From a virus, in the IMG/VR virus record IMGVR_UViG_3300021431_002079, positions 1,975-65,974 of that record: 64,000 bases of DNA. One strand, given 5' to 3'. Under the pieces are notes generated by a model. The model was not told where the DNA came from. It saw nothing but the letters and a program-made list of their open reading frames with translations, and searched no databases. Below are positions 1-9,503 of this stretch, one piece after another. Each line of letters begins with the position of its first letter. Position 1 is the stretch's first letter. The translations under genes and the position numbers were made by a program.

Positions 1-58
1 TATTGAGATGAAACCAAAAACATTAAATACAAAACAATTAAAAATACAATTTTAATTT

Positions 59-277
59 ATGATGAATAGAAAAACAGTTAAACTTTGGGTAGGTGTAAAT
101 AGAAATGGAAAAATATCTATGCATACTGAAGAACCAAAAAGAAATGAAATATTAGGGATATGGGAATCATCATCACCATTTGTTAATTCTGTTGTGTATG
201 AAAACTTATCTAAAATGTTTTCTAAAACATTAATTAACTTTAATAGTCCATGCGAAATAATAGAGATTAATATTTAG
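59..277 (+). CDS. hypothetical small protein (72 aa)
   Basis: ORF in track; no recognisable motif; ends with TAG. Confidence 0.3.
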   Translation: MMNRKTVKLWVGVNRNGKISMHTEEPKRNEILGIWESSSPFVNSVVYENLSKMFSKTLINFNSPCEIIEINI

Positions 278-423
278 CATTCTAGAATGTCTTAGAAGGA
301 CACTAGAATGTCCTATATTAACACGACAGCAATGTAATGATAGAATACTTTACTGCATATTTTTAAGAAATTTTGTGACGATACAGGGCACAACAGGAAG
401 AAAAAATAATTAGGAGATATTTT

Positions 424-633
424 ATGAAAATAAAAACATATGATGAATTTGAATATAAAGTTATTTCAACGTATTCTCATTATGAAGACTTACCAAGTGT
501 ATTAAATACACACGGTAAAGAGGGGTGGGAAGTTTTAGAAATAAAAACCCCAGGTATGAAAGATTATAATATAAATAATAGATATGTTTATACAATTTTG
601 TTAAAAAGAAAATTAATATCGGTTGAAGTATGA
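424..633 (+). CDS. hypothetical protein (69 aa)
   Basis: ORF preceded by AGGAGA 8 nt upstream (rare SD-like site in this window); stop overlaps next start (ATGA). Confidence 0.4.
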   Translation: MKIKTYDEFEYKVISTYSHYEDLPSVLNTHGKEGWEVLEIKTPGMKDYNINNRYVYTILLKRKLISVEV

Positions 634-950
634 AAGATTTAATAGAAGCACTTTTAATTATACAAAAGTATTTAAAAAACCCAGATTCTAAATATCCAAC
701 ATCATGCGAACATGATACATTATATGTTTGTGAAGTTAATCTTTGTGATATGTCATTAGAAGATGTTCACAAATTATATAATCTTGGGTTTATTCCTGGG
801 TCAGATGATGATTATAACATTGTTAAAGATACCTTAGGAGGAGAATTTGCATGTGAATGTAGTTATGATAGTATTTCACAAGAACAGTGGGATTTGCTTA
901 AAAATGAATTAACTGATTCATTTTATTCTTATAGATACGGAAGTTGTTAA
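630..950 (+). CDS. hypothetical Cys-rich protein (106 aa)
   Basis: ORF translationally coupled to upstream gene; several Cys (CEHD..C..C..CEC) suggest metal-binding; no family recognised. Confidence 0.4.
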   Translation: MKDLIEALLIIQKYLKNPDSKYPTSCEHDTLYVCEVNLCDMSLEDVHKLYNLGFIPGSDDDYNIVKDTLGGEFACECSYDSISQEQWDLLKNELTDSFYSYRYGSC

Positions 951-2176
951 TCATATTGTAGAAATGCTATAACACCAAGTCTTGCACTTTTGTAACATTT
1001 ATAACTAACATATCCATCTCTTATACGTATGCCCCATGCTTGAGTATGATCATATTGAGATGAAGAAAACAATATAGTACCGTTATTTGTTAAATGATCT
1101 GAAAAACAATGTGCAGGATATTTTTTATTTAATGTTGTTATTATATAATCTATGTATTTTAATGCTGGCATAATAAACATTAATTCTCCTAATGCAGGTA
1201 AGTACCAATCACCACTTTCTGTACCAAGAGTTTTATAACATGAACAACAATAAAAAGGTTTTAACTGTTCAAGTCTATTTTTATAAATAGGCTTGTTTTT
1301 ATATATTATTTCATTGCCAATTGGAGTGTTATGTATGTTTGTATAAATTTGATTAGATATAGATTTGCCAGTAATATCTTTTAATGCACAATCATCTTTA
1401 ATATTAAAGTTTTCAATAAACCATTTATTGTTTGAAGAAATAACTGGTGGTAAAAAATAACCATTATTTATTCCTTTTGTGTTTTCAATTATAATATAAT
1501 TATAACCATAGACATCATTAGAATCAAAAATAATTTTTTTATCTAAAACAGTGTCCAAATAATTATAATTTTTAATATTTTTTTCTTTATCATTAGTTAT
1601 TAACATTGTATTGAAATTATCTGAAGGGATATAATGTTTATTCATATCATCAAATAGTTTTTTCATATATATGTTATAACCAAATGATGCATAATCATAA
1701 TTAATGTTTTTCTTATCTGCTTTATAATTATTTGATCTCAAAAAATCTAATGTATACTTTGATGTTCTTGGAGAATACTCTATTGGCTCATCCCATGTCA
1801 TTATCTTATATGTTGTTGAACCATTTATTGAGTTTTGTTCATAATCACCAGTTTCGTCATTATCTTTAAAATACATATATTTCAAAGACATCCATCTACT
1901 TGGTTGGTTATCTCCTAAAAAATTCTTAGGAATAACTCTTAATCCTATTGGAACATAACCTTCAACAGGATCTAATATTGTGTGAGTTATTGTTTTAATA
2001 TCTGGGTTATCTTTCTTTACCCATAACAAATCATAAAAACCATCATCATTATGATTTATAGTCAAATCTTTAATTTTACATATATTAGGAGTATTATATC
2101 GCCATTCATATGATTTATTTAAATATTCTTCAGGTGTTTCATAATTATAATTAAACATTATTTTCTCTCTATACAT
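947..2176 (-). CDS. hypothetical protein (409 aa)
   Basis: long minus-strand ORF, N/Y/K-rich; no recognisable catalytic motif. Confidence 0.5.
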   Translation of the reverse strand: MYREKIMFNYNYETPEEYLNKSYEWRYNTPNICKIKDLTINHNDDGFYDLLWVKKDNPDIKTITHTILDPVEGYVPIGLRVIPKNFLGDNQPSRWMSLKYMYFKDNDETGDYEQNSINGSTTYKIMTWDEPIEYSPRTSKYTLDFLRSNNYKADKKNINYDYASFGYNIYMKKLFDDMNKHYIPSDNFNTMLITNDKEKNIKNYNYLDTVLDKKIIFDSNDVYGYNYIIIENTKGINNGYFLPPVISSNNKWFIENFNIKDDCALKDITGKSISNQIYTNIHNTPIGNEIIYKNKPIYKNRLEQLKPFYCCSCYKTLGTESGDWYLPALGELMFIMPALKYIDYIITTLNKKYPAHCFSDHLTNNGTILFSSSQYDHTQAWGIRIRDGYVSYKCYKSARLGVIAFLQYD

Positions 2177-2257
2177 TAATTTAATTAAAAATAGATTTTT
2201 GTTTTAATTTTAATATAAAAAATACTATAATATATTAAAGATATAAAGTATATAACT

Positions 2258-2896
2258 ATGGAACTGTATAAAATAATGAATCAATTTAGTGGCAAAAAAA
2301 TTGATGATGTTGAGATTACAGCATTGTCTGATTTGCAATATATTCTTGAACATCTTCCTGATGACGTAACATATACTATTAAGAGAGATGAAGACTTATG
2401 TATGGAAGACTATTTCTATAATAGACAAGAAGAATATTTTAATGCAACTGAAGAAGACTACAAGAAAATCATTGGTGAATGCTTCATGAATAAGGCTCGT
2501 ACAATAGTCGTAAAAGTTGTTGGCATTAGAGATGATTATGATAGTCCTTATTACGAAAGTGATCATCATGTAGATAATTTCTTGTATGAGAAATATGAAA
2601 AGTATAATGATGGAACTTGGCATAATCAAGACTATATTTGGTTGCAAGAGACAGCTAAGAATAAAAACTATCCTGATACAGCATATCTTCGTTGGTGTTT
2701 GACTAACCAAACTGATATGAACATCAATAGTGAGAATATGTTCATGCTTGGCAAAGACGGTAATTTATACGTAGATGTGTCATGTGGAGGTGACTATATG
2801 ATATATAAACCTATGAGCAAAGCTACGTTTGAACTTATACGAGAAGAAGCAATAAAGAATGATGGAGAATATGAAGTTAAAGAACGCAAATATTAA
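2258..2896 (+). CDS. hypothetical acidic protein (212 aa)
   Basis: ORF; D/E/Y-rich; no motif recognised. Confidence 0.5.
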   Translation: MELYKIMNQFSGKKIDDVEITALSDLQYILEHLPDDVTYTIKRDEDLCMEDYFYNRQEEYFNATEEDYKKIIGECFMNKARTIVVKVVGIRDDYDSPYYESDHHVDNFLYEKYEKYNDGTWHNQDYIWLQETAKNKNYPDTAYLRWCLTNQTDMNINSENMFMLGKDGNLYVDVSCGGDYMIYKPMSKATFELIREEAIKNDGEYEVKERKY

Positions 2897-2981
2897 TTTA
2901 CAAATAAATATATAAAGAGATAAAATTATGGAGATTTTAGATAACAAATGACACTATGTTGATAATGATGATTATCCACAA

Positions 2982-3173
2982 GTGTATGGGCGATATGAAA
3001 ATGAAAATTATCCACAAATTCCATGTTTAGTTGAGGATCTTGGTTTCTATGGAATACGTTATTGGAATGTTAAATCAGAATGTTGGGATGATGAAGAAGC
3101 CGATGATTTTTTCTGTGAAAAAAACAGAATCATAAGATGGAGATATTTAGATTCACTATTAAATGAAAAATAA
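2982..3173 (+). CDS. hypothetical small protein (63 aa)
   Basis: ORF only. Confidence 0.3.
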   Translation: MYGRYENENYPQIPCLVEDLGFYGIRYWNVKSECWDDEEADDFFCEKNRIIRWRYLDSLLNEK

Positions 3174-3235
3174 TTAATATATTATTTGAATTTTTTATAT
3201 TTGTTTCTATATTAGAATTGTAATTAAAAGTAAAT

Positions 3236-3652
3236 ATGAACGATAATAAAAGAAACTTAAAGATTGAATTACGTGCAGTTCCTTTCGGAGATGGTGATTC
3301 TCATGTATTAGAATACAGATTTAGTCCTAATCAAGACTTAAAATATTACAAAGAATATAATTGGTTCTGGGGATTAATCAAGTTTGGAGTTGTGAAGAAA
3401 TATAGTACAAGGTGGCATCAACCAGTTAGATTCTTTAATCGTCTTATTTCGTATAAGTATAATGAAAATAATAGTTACAGTAATAATTTCCCAATATTTG
3501 TGAATTCTAAAAGAGAATTAGAAGATCTTAAACAAAAATGGCAAACTTATGGGCAATTCGTTGATTGGTATTGGAAAGAAGATGAGAAGCAACGTTCTGC
3601 ATATCGGAGAGAACGTAACGCTTTCTTAGAAAAACGGAATATTTGGAATTAA
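3236..3652 (+). CDS. hypothetical protein (138 aa)
   Basis: ORF; W/Y/R-rich; no motif. Confidence 0.45.
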   Translation: MNDNKRNLKIELRAVPFGDGDSHVLEYRFSPNQDLKYYKEYNWFWGLIKFGVVKKYSTRWHQPVRFFNRLISYKYNENNSYSNNFPIFVNSKRELEDLKQKWQTYGQFVDWYWKEDEKQRSAYRRERNAFLEKRNIWN

Positions 3653-3688
3653 ATAATTTTTATAAATTAAAAAACAAATTAATAAATT

Positions 3689-4534
3689 ATGGGAAAGCAA
3701 AAGAGAAGTCCTAACACTTATCAGAAGATTAATACAATCTTCAAGCGCGATGCAAAGAATGTAATTATGCCTTATGCAGGTTTCACTGAACCGGAGTTTG
3801 AGTATCTTCGCAGTCTTAAGTGGCGAGCGGAGGAAAAAATAGACGGAACTTGTATGAGGATTGAGGTTACTAAGGAAATTGTTCCTTCAGAAATAAGCGC
3901 TGTACCTGGAGTTGCTGGTGTAAAGTTCAACGTTCGTATTGCTGGTAAGACGGATAAGGCTGAGATTCCAAAGAATCTTCTTAAGCATATGCAAGAGAAG
4001 TATACTAATGAGAAAATATTGGCATCTCTTGGACTTAAGGAGTTTATTCCTGTAAATGAATGGGTTGAACATAAATGGGTAGATTCTGATGGAGTTGCTC
4101 CAAATTATGATGCAATTCCTAATATCTACACTATTTATGGTGAGGGGTATGGTGATGGTATTCAATCAGGTGCTTGGTACATCAAGGGAGGAAATGAGTT
4201 CATTGTCTTTGATGTGAAGGTAAATGATATTTATCTTAAGACAGATGCTCGTGATGAAATCGCCACTAAGCTTGGTGCACCTATTGTTCCATTGATTGGT
4301 TATTTCACTTTGGATGAGGCTATTGATTTTGTTAGAAAGGGATTCCGTTCAAAGGTTGCAGAGAATCCAGATGCAAAGATGGCAGAAGGATTAGTACTTC
4401 GTACAGATCTCGGTCTTCGTAATCGTATGGGTAACCGTCTTATCGTAAAAATTAAGTATGAAGATTTTCAGAAATATCGTAATGTCTATGGAACAGATGC
4501 TCCGGTAGATCAACCAAAGAATGAAAATTATTAA
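3689..4534 (+). CDS. ATP-dependent RNA ligase-like nucleotidyltransferase (Rnl2-like)
   Basis: covalent nucleotidyltransferase motif I EKIDGTCMRIEV (KxDG) near the N-terminus as in Rnl2-type ligases; later EGYGDG and EGLVLR resemble motifs IV/V. Confidence 0.6.
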   Translation: MGKQKRSPNTYQKINTIFKRDAKNVIMPYAGFTEPEFEYLRSLKWRAEEKIDGTCMRIEVTKEIVPSEISAVPGVAGVKFNVRIAGKTDKAEIPKNLLKHMQEKYTNEKILASLGLKEFIPVNEWVEHKWVDSDGVAPNYDAIPNIYTIYGEGYGDGIQSGAWYIKGGNEFIVFDVKVNDIYLKTDARDEIATKLGAPIVPLIGYFTLDEAIDFVRKGFRSKVAENPDAKMAEGLVLRTDLGLRNRMGNRLIVKIKYEDFQKYRNVYGTDAPVDQPKNENY

Positions 4535-4606
4535 AAATAAAAGTCAGCCAGGGAGACTATAAAATTATTCACTGATGAGACCTGGACGAAAATATATTCC
4601 TCTTGA

Positions 4607-4640
4607 ATCCACTTGCTTGTGAAAGTAGGTGGATTTTTTT
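4607..4640 (+). terminator. rho-independent terminator hairpin between convergent genes
   Basis: imperfect stem atccac...gtggat followed by T7; lies between the + ORF ending at 4534 and the - ORF ending at 4646. Confidence 0.5.
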
Positions 4641-4645
4641 AATAA

Positions 4646-7600
4646 TTATGAATTATCGAATAAATCTGGTTCTTTATTAGTATTATCTATTTTTTCTGTA
4701 GGTTCATTTGTTACAAATATATTTTCACGTAATGTATTTGTGTTTTCTTGTTTTCTCATGAATCTATTATTAGAATTATCTAATTCAGAATACTCATAAT
4801 AACCATAAGGCTTATGGATTACATTTGGAAGCTCATTCTTTATATCTATTAACTTCTTCTTTTCAGTTATTGGGAATGCCTCATTTATTTCATCCTCATC
4901 CTCATTAATTTCTTTCATATCATCAACAAGTTCCTCAATAAAGAATGATTTTGTCATTTCAGAACCTCCATATAAGTCAGTAAGATCTGTCTTTTTATCC
5001 CAAAGTAATTCAAATGGTACAATACCAATATTACCATTCTTTGGACGTGATTGTAATATAATAACCTTCCATAATTCTTTAGTTAAATCAAATATTGTTT
5101 CAAGATACTCTTTATCTTCAACAACAACATCCTTAATTGAGTTTGCATACCCAACCGCATAATCAGCAAGATATTTATTAACCTCATCTTCAGTCGTTGC
5201 ACCATGAGCTCGTGCCCAGTCTTGTGATTGTTTTACAAACTTTAATACTGGGAAATCTAACCTCTTTCTTTTTCTATTTGATTCTATTTGCACAAATCTC
5301 CTGATACGATTTAACTTTGTATAATTTATTCTATTTTGTTTTTTATCTACACAATATTGAAATATATCTCGTATAGTATCACAATCATAAAATTTATATA
5401 ATCCTAATACTATTGGGATGTTCTTTTCCAGTATTTCAATATCTTTAACATATAAATTATTATCTTCACGAACCATCTTAAATTCGTCATCTTTGAACAC
5501 TTCATATGATCCTTTTAATAACTCTTTATATGTGTCTATATTACCGTCATCAAGATGATTAAGGAAGTCAAATGTTTGTGCAGTATTATAATTATATCTA
5601 TATAATCTACATTGTTTTAAGAATTCCTCAGTATGATCACGTTCACTATCTTCAACTCTTTTATCGGAATTAACTATATTTATAGTGTACCCATAATATT
5701 TCATTCCATTTTTTAACACTTCAAGTTGCTTTGAGTATTCAGTATATCTTTCCTCAAATACTTTTAACTTATATGTTGTTTCATCTATATAATAACGACA
5801 ATCATTTTCATCATATTTAAGATACCTATTTGCAGATAGTAATGACATAATTAATGGGTTATATTTTGATTCCTCATTATTACGTTCTATCATATCGTTA
5901 CATGTTTGTACCAAGTCACGAGCAAATAACAAATCCTTTTCACTAAAACTCAAATCCAATGGACTAACATATTTATAATTTATAAACACACCAGTTGAAT
6001 CTTCCTTTTCCAAAAATAGTTTAATATATAAATCATTATTACGAAGACGATTAGCAAACTGTTCAATATCTTGTGCTATCCATGTTTCATTAAAATATAC
6101 AGAAAATTTATATCTATCACATATGTCTACACCAACTGACAAATATGTTGTACAAAATATTATATCGTTTGCTCCTATGGATTTATCTATATTAATAGTA
6201 TCCATAGTTTCTTCTCCGTAGTTTGATTTTTTATAATAAAATGCATTTAACTGTTTTGTGTAATTATAGTTTTCAAGAAGATATTGTTGTATTAAACCTG
6301 TCATTTGTTCAAAATATAAATTTCCTTTATTTGTTGGAAATAATATTTTCTTACCTTCAGAGATATCTTTTGCCATAGATTTTGACATCTCAATTATTTT
6401 TTCCATATTTGTTGGAACTAAATTAATCTCAAATTCTTTAATACGATAATCTTCTTTAATTACTTTTATATGTTTAATATTTGGAAAAAACAACATTTCT
6501 CCAGTTGGTGTTCCTGTCATCATAATAATCTTAGCTTTACAGTTAGCTAATCTTTGAATAGTTGGTGACATAACATCCCTATAAGAACTTGTAAACAAAA
6601 GATGTGACTCATCAATAACTATGTATTCAAATCCTGCTTGGTCTAATTCAAACACATTAAGACGAGAGAATTTGTCTATAGTCATTGACATATTTTTATC
6701 TCCTAATATATCATCTAATGATGGTCTTTTATTTCCATAAAAATATAACCAGTCTGAAGTTTTCTCATCAGCTTCCACCTTCGCTTTAATTGTTGATGTG
6801 AACGGTAATATTAAAAGAGTTTTTGCCTTTAAACTTTTTATCATCTCTGTTTTACCATAACCAGCACCAGCTTCCAAAAGTGTTATATGAGATAAATTTT
6901 CTATTATCTTATCTTTTATATCAGATAAGTATTGTGTGTTTTTCATATGTAATATAATAGAAGATGATTTATCATTTAACACCTTCGTTGGGTCAAGCGA
7001 TGGATCACCATCAGTATCATCATTAGATTCTTCTTCATCTTTCTTTTCTTCAGTATTAAAAGTGTTATCTGCTTTAACTGATAACTTAAATCCATGATTT
7101 TTATTTAACTCTTTAACAGCCCATAAAGATATTGGTTTATCATGTATTGCTGCGGTACGAACGTCACCAGCTAACTCACGTCTTGATGTGCCTTCACATA
7201 TTTCAATCATTATCTCAAGAGCTTTATCCTCTCCATATATTGAAGTTAATGTGTTAGCTAATTGCCATCTTTGTGCGTGCTTATAGTGACGACGACCTTT
7301 CCTTTGTGCAAGATCCCTATCATTAATACCAGATATATTAGTTATTTCAACATCTTGGTTAGTGTTATTGTTAACATTAAACCACTCAAGCTTATGAAAT
7401 ATTTCTTTAAGATCTGGATGAGATATCCAATCAATACTTGTTACACCACTTTGAAATGCAGGTTCAAAATTAACATCAAGTCGTAAATCCTTAAAATTAG
7501 TATTTAATAATGCCTCATTATCTGAAGATATGAAAATACCTTGTTGAGGCTTACACATAGCCATATCAAGATATCCAAATATATCTTCTTTAGTATAATT

Positions 7601-8275
7601 AAATTCTTTTGCATGTTTCATAAGTACTATATAAATATATGAATACTTATGTCTAAAGTTACATATATACTCAATCTTACGGCTTTTTGATTCTATAGAT
7701 ATTGGAGTTATTTTTGTCCAAACGTGACATGATTTTCCTGATGCAGAAATACAACATCCTAAAAACCAATGATACTGTTTTAATTCTTCAAATAATATAT
7801 ATTTTAATTTTGTTGCTATTTCTTGATTTTTTATATCTATATCAATAATTTGTAATCCATTCCATATATTATATGAAACATCTCCAATAGGACGCTGATT
7901 TGATGATGTTGAATAAACTACTTTTCTTTTGATTTTTTCAACATTCTTATATGATGCATCGTTCATTAATTTATAAATATCACCCCAGTTCCAAACAATA
8001 CCTGATTTTTCATAGATACTATTTGTCACTAATGTCTCAATGAACTGAAGTTGGTCTCCAAAGAATTCTTCTTGCTCATTATCTGAACATTCTTTATAAT
8101 TATATGAACTATATGTTATATTAGATTCTTCATTATCATTTAGTTTATTATACTCATTACTAATTTGACTAAATGATTTAAGAATATCGGTTAACGATTT
8201 ATTTTTGCTACTATACTGGTCATTTATCTTTTTTAGATAATTACCTAATTGACTATTAAATATTGATTCAGACAC
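4646..8275 (-). CDS. large SF2 helicase-domain protein (1209 aa), possible replication/primase-helicase
   Basis: motif I LLEAGAGYGKTEMI (Walker A), motif II VIDESHLL (DExH), motif III MMTGTPTG (TGTP as in ResIII/SNF2-type SF2); large N- and C-terminal extensions of unknown function. Confidence 0.65.
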   Translation of the reverse strand: MSESIFNSQLGNYLKKINDQYSSKNKSLTDILKSFSQISNEYNKLNDNEESNITYSSYNYKECSDNEQEEFFGDQLQFIETLVTNSIYEKSGIVWNWGDIYKLMNDASYKNVEKIKRKVVYSTSSNQRPIGDVSYNIWNGLQIIDIDIKNQEIATKLKYILFEELKQYHWFLGCCISASGKSCHVWTKITPISIESKSRKIEYICNFRHKYSYIYIVLMKHAKEFNYTKEDIFGYLDMAMCKPQQGIFISSDNEALLNTNFKDLRLDVNFEPAFQSGVTSIDWISHPDLKEIFHKLEWFNVNNNTNQDVEITNISGINDRDLAQRKGRRHYKHAQRWQLANTLTSIYGEDKALEIMIEICEGTSRRELAGDVRTAAIHDKPISLWAVKELNKNHGFKLSVKADNTFNTEEKKDEEESNDDTDGDPSLDPTKVLNDKSSSIILHMKNTQYLSDIKDKIIENLSHITLLEAGAGYGKTEMIKSLKAKTLLILPFTSTIKAKVEADEKTSDWLYFYGNKRPSLDDILGDKNMSMTIDKFSRLNVFELDQAGFEYIVIDESHLLFTSSYRDVMSPTIQRLANCKAKIIMMTGTPTGEMLFFPNIKHIKVIKEDYRIKEFEINLVPTNMEKIIEMSKSMAKDISEGKKILFPTNKGNLYFEQMTGLIQQYLLENYNYTKQLNAFYYKKSNYGEETMDTINIDKSIGANDIIFCTTYLSVGVDICDRYKFSVYFNETWIAQDIEQFANRLRNNDLYIKLFLEKEDSTGVFINYKYVSPLDLSFSEKDLLFARDLVQTCNDMIERNNEESKYNPLIMSLLSANRYLKYDENDCRYYIDETTYKLKVFEERYTEYSKQLEVLKNGMKYYGYTINIVNSDKRVEDSERDHTEEFLKQCRLYRYNYNTAQTFDFLNHLDDGNIDTYKELLKGSYEVFKDDEFKMVREDNNLYVKDIEILEKNIPIVLGLYKFYDCDTIRDIFQYCVDKKQNRINYTKLNRIRRFVQIESNRKRKRLDFPVLKFVKQSQDWARAHGATTEDEVNKYLADYAVGYANSIKDVVVEDKEYLETIFDLTKELWKVIILQSRPKNGNIGIVPFELLWDKKTDLTDLYGGSEMTKSFFIEELVDDMKEINEDEDEINEAFPITEKKKLIDIKNELPNVIHKPYGYYEYSELDNSNNRFMRKQENTNTLRENIFVTNEPTEKIDNTNKEPDLFDNS

Positions 8276-8409
8276 TACTTATCTATCACAGATATATTTT
8301 TTTAAATTATTGTTAATTTTGTTTAAAATATAGTTTTGTTTTTAAAAAGATTTAATAAGTTTGTTAATTTTATTTTTAATATATAAAACATATAATTAAT
8401 ATAGAACTT

Positions 8410-9255
8410 ATGCAAAATTGTGTTCAAGGAGTACAACAGAATCAAGTTGGAATGGAAGAATTTTTAAAACAAAGGAACCAGATTGAGGATCAAATGGATT
8501 ACTCTTTTATACAAAGAATTATAAAAGAAATTACTCAATCTTGTGCATTGCCTTTACCATTACCAGCATCAGCTATTCCACCATTAATTTATCAAGCAGC
8601 TCAAAAATTTTGGGAAGACTACGATTTAGCTGTTGAGGAAAGATATTACTGTATAAAAAATAGTGATTTTACAAAATGTTGTTTAAATAATGTAGTACAG
8701 TTACCTCAACAAATAATATCTGTATTTGGAGTTTATAAGACAACAAATAACTTCAATTACGGTGTAATGGGTGACTTCTCATTAGAAAGAATGATATTAA
8801 ATAACTCAGCATTAGCGGCTGGTACTGGTGGTAGTCTATCTGATGTGTTTGGATCTGGCACAGGATATAACCTAACTGATGTAATGGGAGCTTTATATGA
8901 AGTACAAACCTATAAAGCAATGTTCGATACACCATTGACATTTAACTTTAACCCTTATTCTCATAAATTGGTTATTCTTGGTGCATTAGGTTACTCTGAT
9001 TTGGTATTACAATGTTTCTTAAGATGTAGAATACAAGATTTATATCAATTATACTACTTCTTTAGATATTGTGTTTGCCTTGGTATGAGAGGTTTAGCAA
9101 CTATAATTGGATCTTATGACTTCAAAATGCCAGGTGGAGTAACTATTAACTATCAAAGATTCCATGATATGGCCGTTGAAGAATTAGATAAAATAGATGA
9201 ATGGATAGACAAACAACATTCAGCAGATTATTTCTTAAATACTAACACACAATAA
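8410..9255 (+). CDS. hypothetical protein (281 aa), possible virion component
   Basis: ORF; Gly/Ser/Thr-rich central segment; no motif. Confidence 0.45.
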   Translation: MQNCVQGVQQNQVGMEEFLKQRNQIEDQMDYSFIQRIIKEITQSCALPLPLPASAIPPLIYQAAQKFWEDYDLAVEERYYCIKNSDFTKCCLNNVVQLPQQIISVFGVYKTTNNFNYGVMGDFSLERMILNNSALAAGTGGSLSDVFGSGTGYNLTDVMGALYEVQTYKAMFDTPLTFNFNPYSHKLVILGALGYSDLVLQCFLRCRIQDLYQLYYFFRYCVCLGMRGLATIIGSYDFKMPGGVTINYQRFHDMAVEELDKIDEWIDKQHSADYFLNTNTQ

Positions 9256-9260
9256 GACAC

Positions 9261-9500
9261 ATGGATATAAAACAAAGTACAACATATAGAAAAGACGAAT
9301 TAAAACCCTTTGAATTTACTGGTAATAATAAATATGATTATGCAAAGAATGGAATTTTAAATAAAACATTACCAAAAATATTATTCAAAGGAAATTCAGT
9401 GTTTGTAACATTTTTACAATTAATAGATTTAAGAATAATTATGTTACTTAAATATATTGATAGATTAAAAAGATTCAAATATATAACCTGGTATGATTAA
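9261..9500 (+). CDS. hypothetical small protein (79 aa)
   Basis: ORF only. Confidence 0.3.
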   Translation: MDIKQSTTYRKDELKPFEFTGNNKYDYAKNGILNKTLPKILFKGNSVFVTFLQLIDLRIIMLLKYIDRLKRFKYITWYD

Positions 9501-9503
9501 ACT

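Noticed and set aside
277-423. Possible tRNA or small RNA in the GC-richer intergenic region (and other intergenic gaps)
   Set aside because: No cloverleaf-compatible arrangement and no T-loop GTTCRANYC-like motif were found by eye. T4-like phages often carry tRNA clusters, but none is evident in this window.
2396-4165. Minus-strand ORFs 2396-2710 and 3887-4165 nested in plus-strand genes
   Set aside because: Hydrophobic low-complexity frames (I/F/L-rich) that are typical antisense artefacts in AT-rich DNA. The plus-strand partners carry recognisable motifs (e.g. KxDG ligase).
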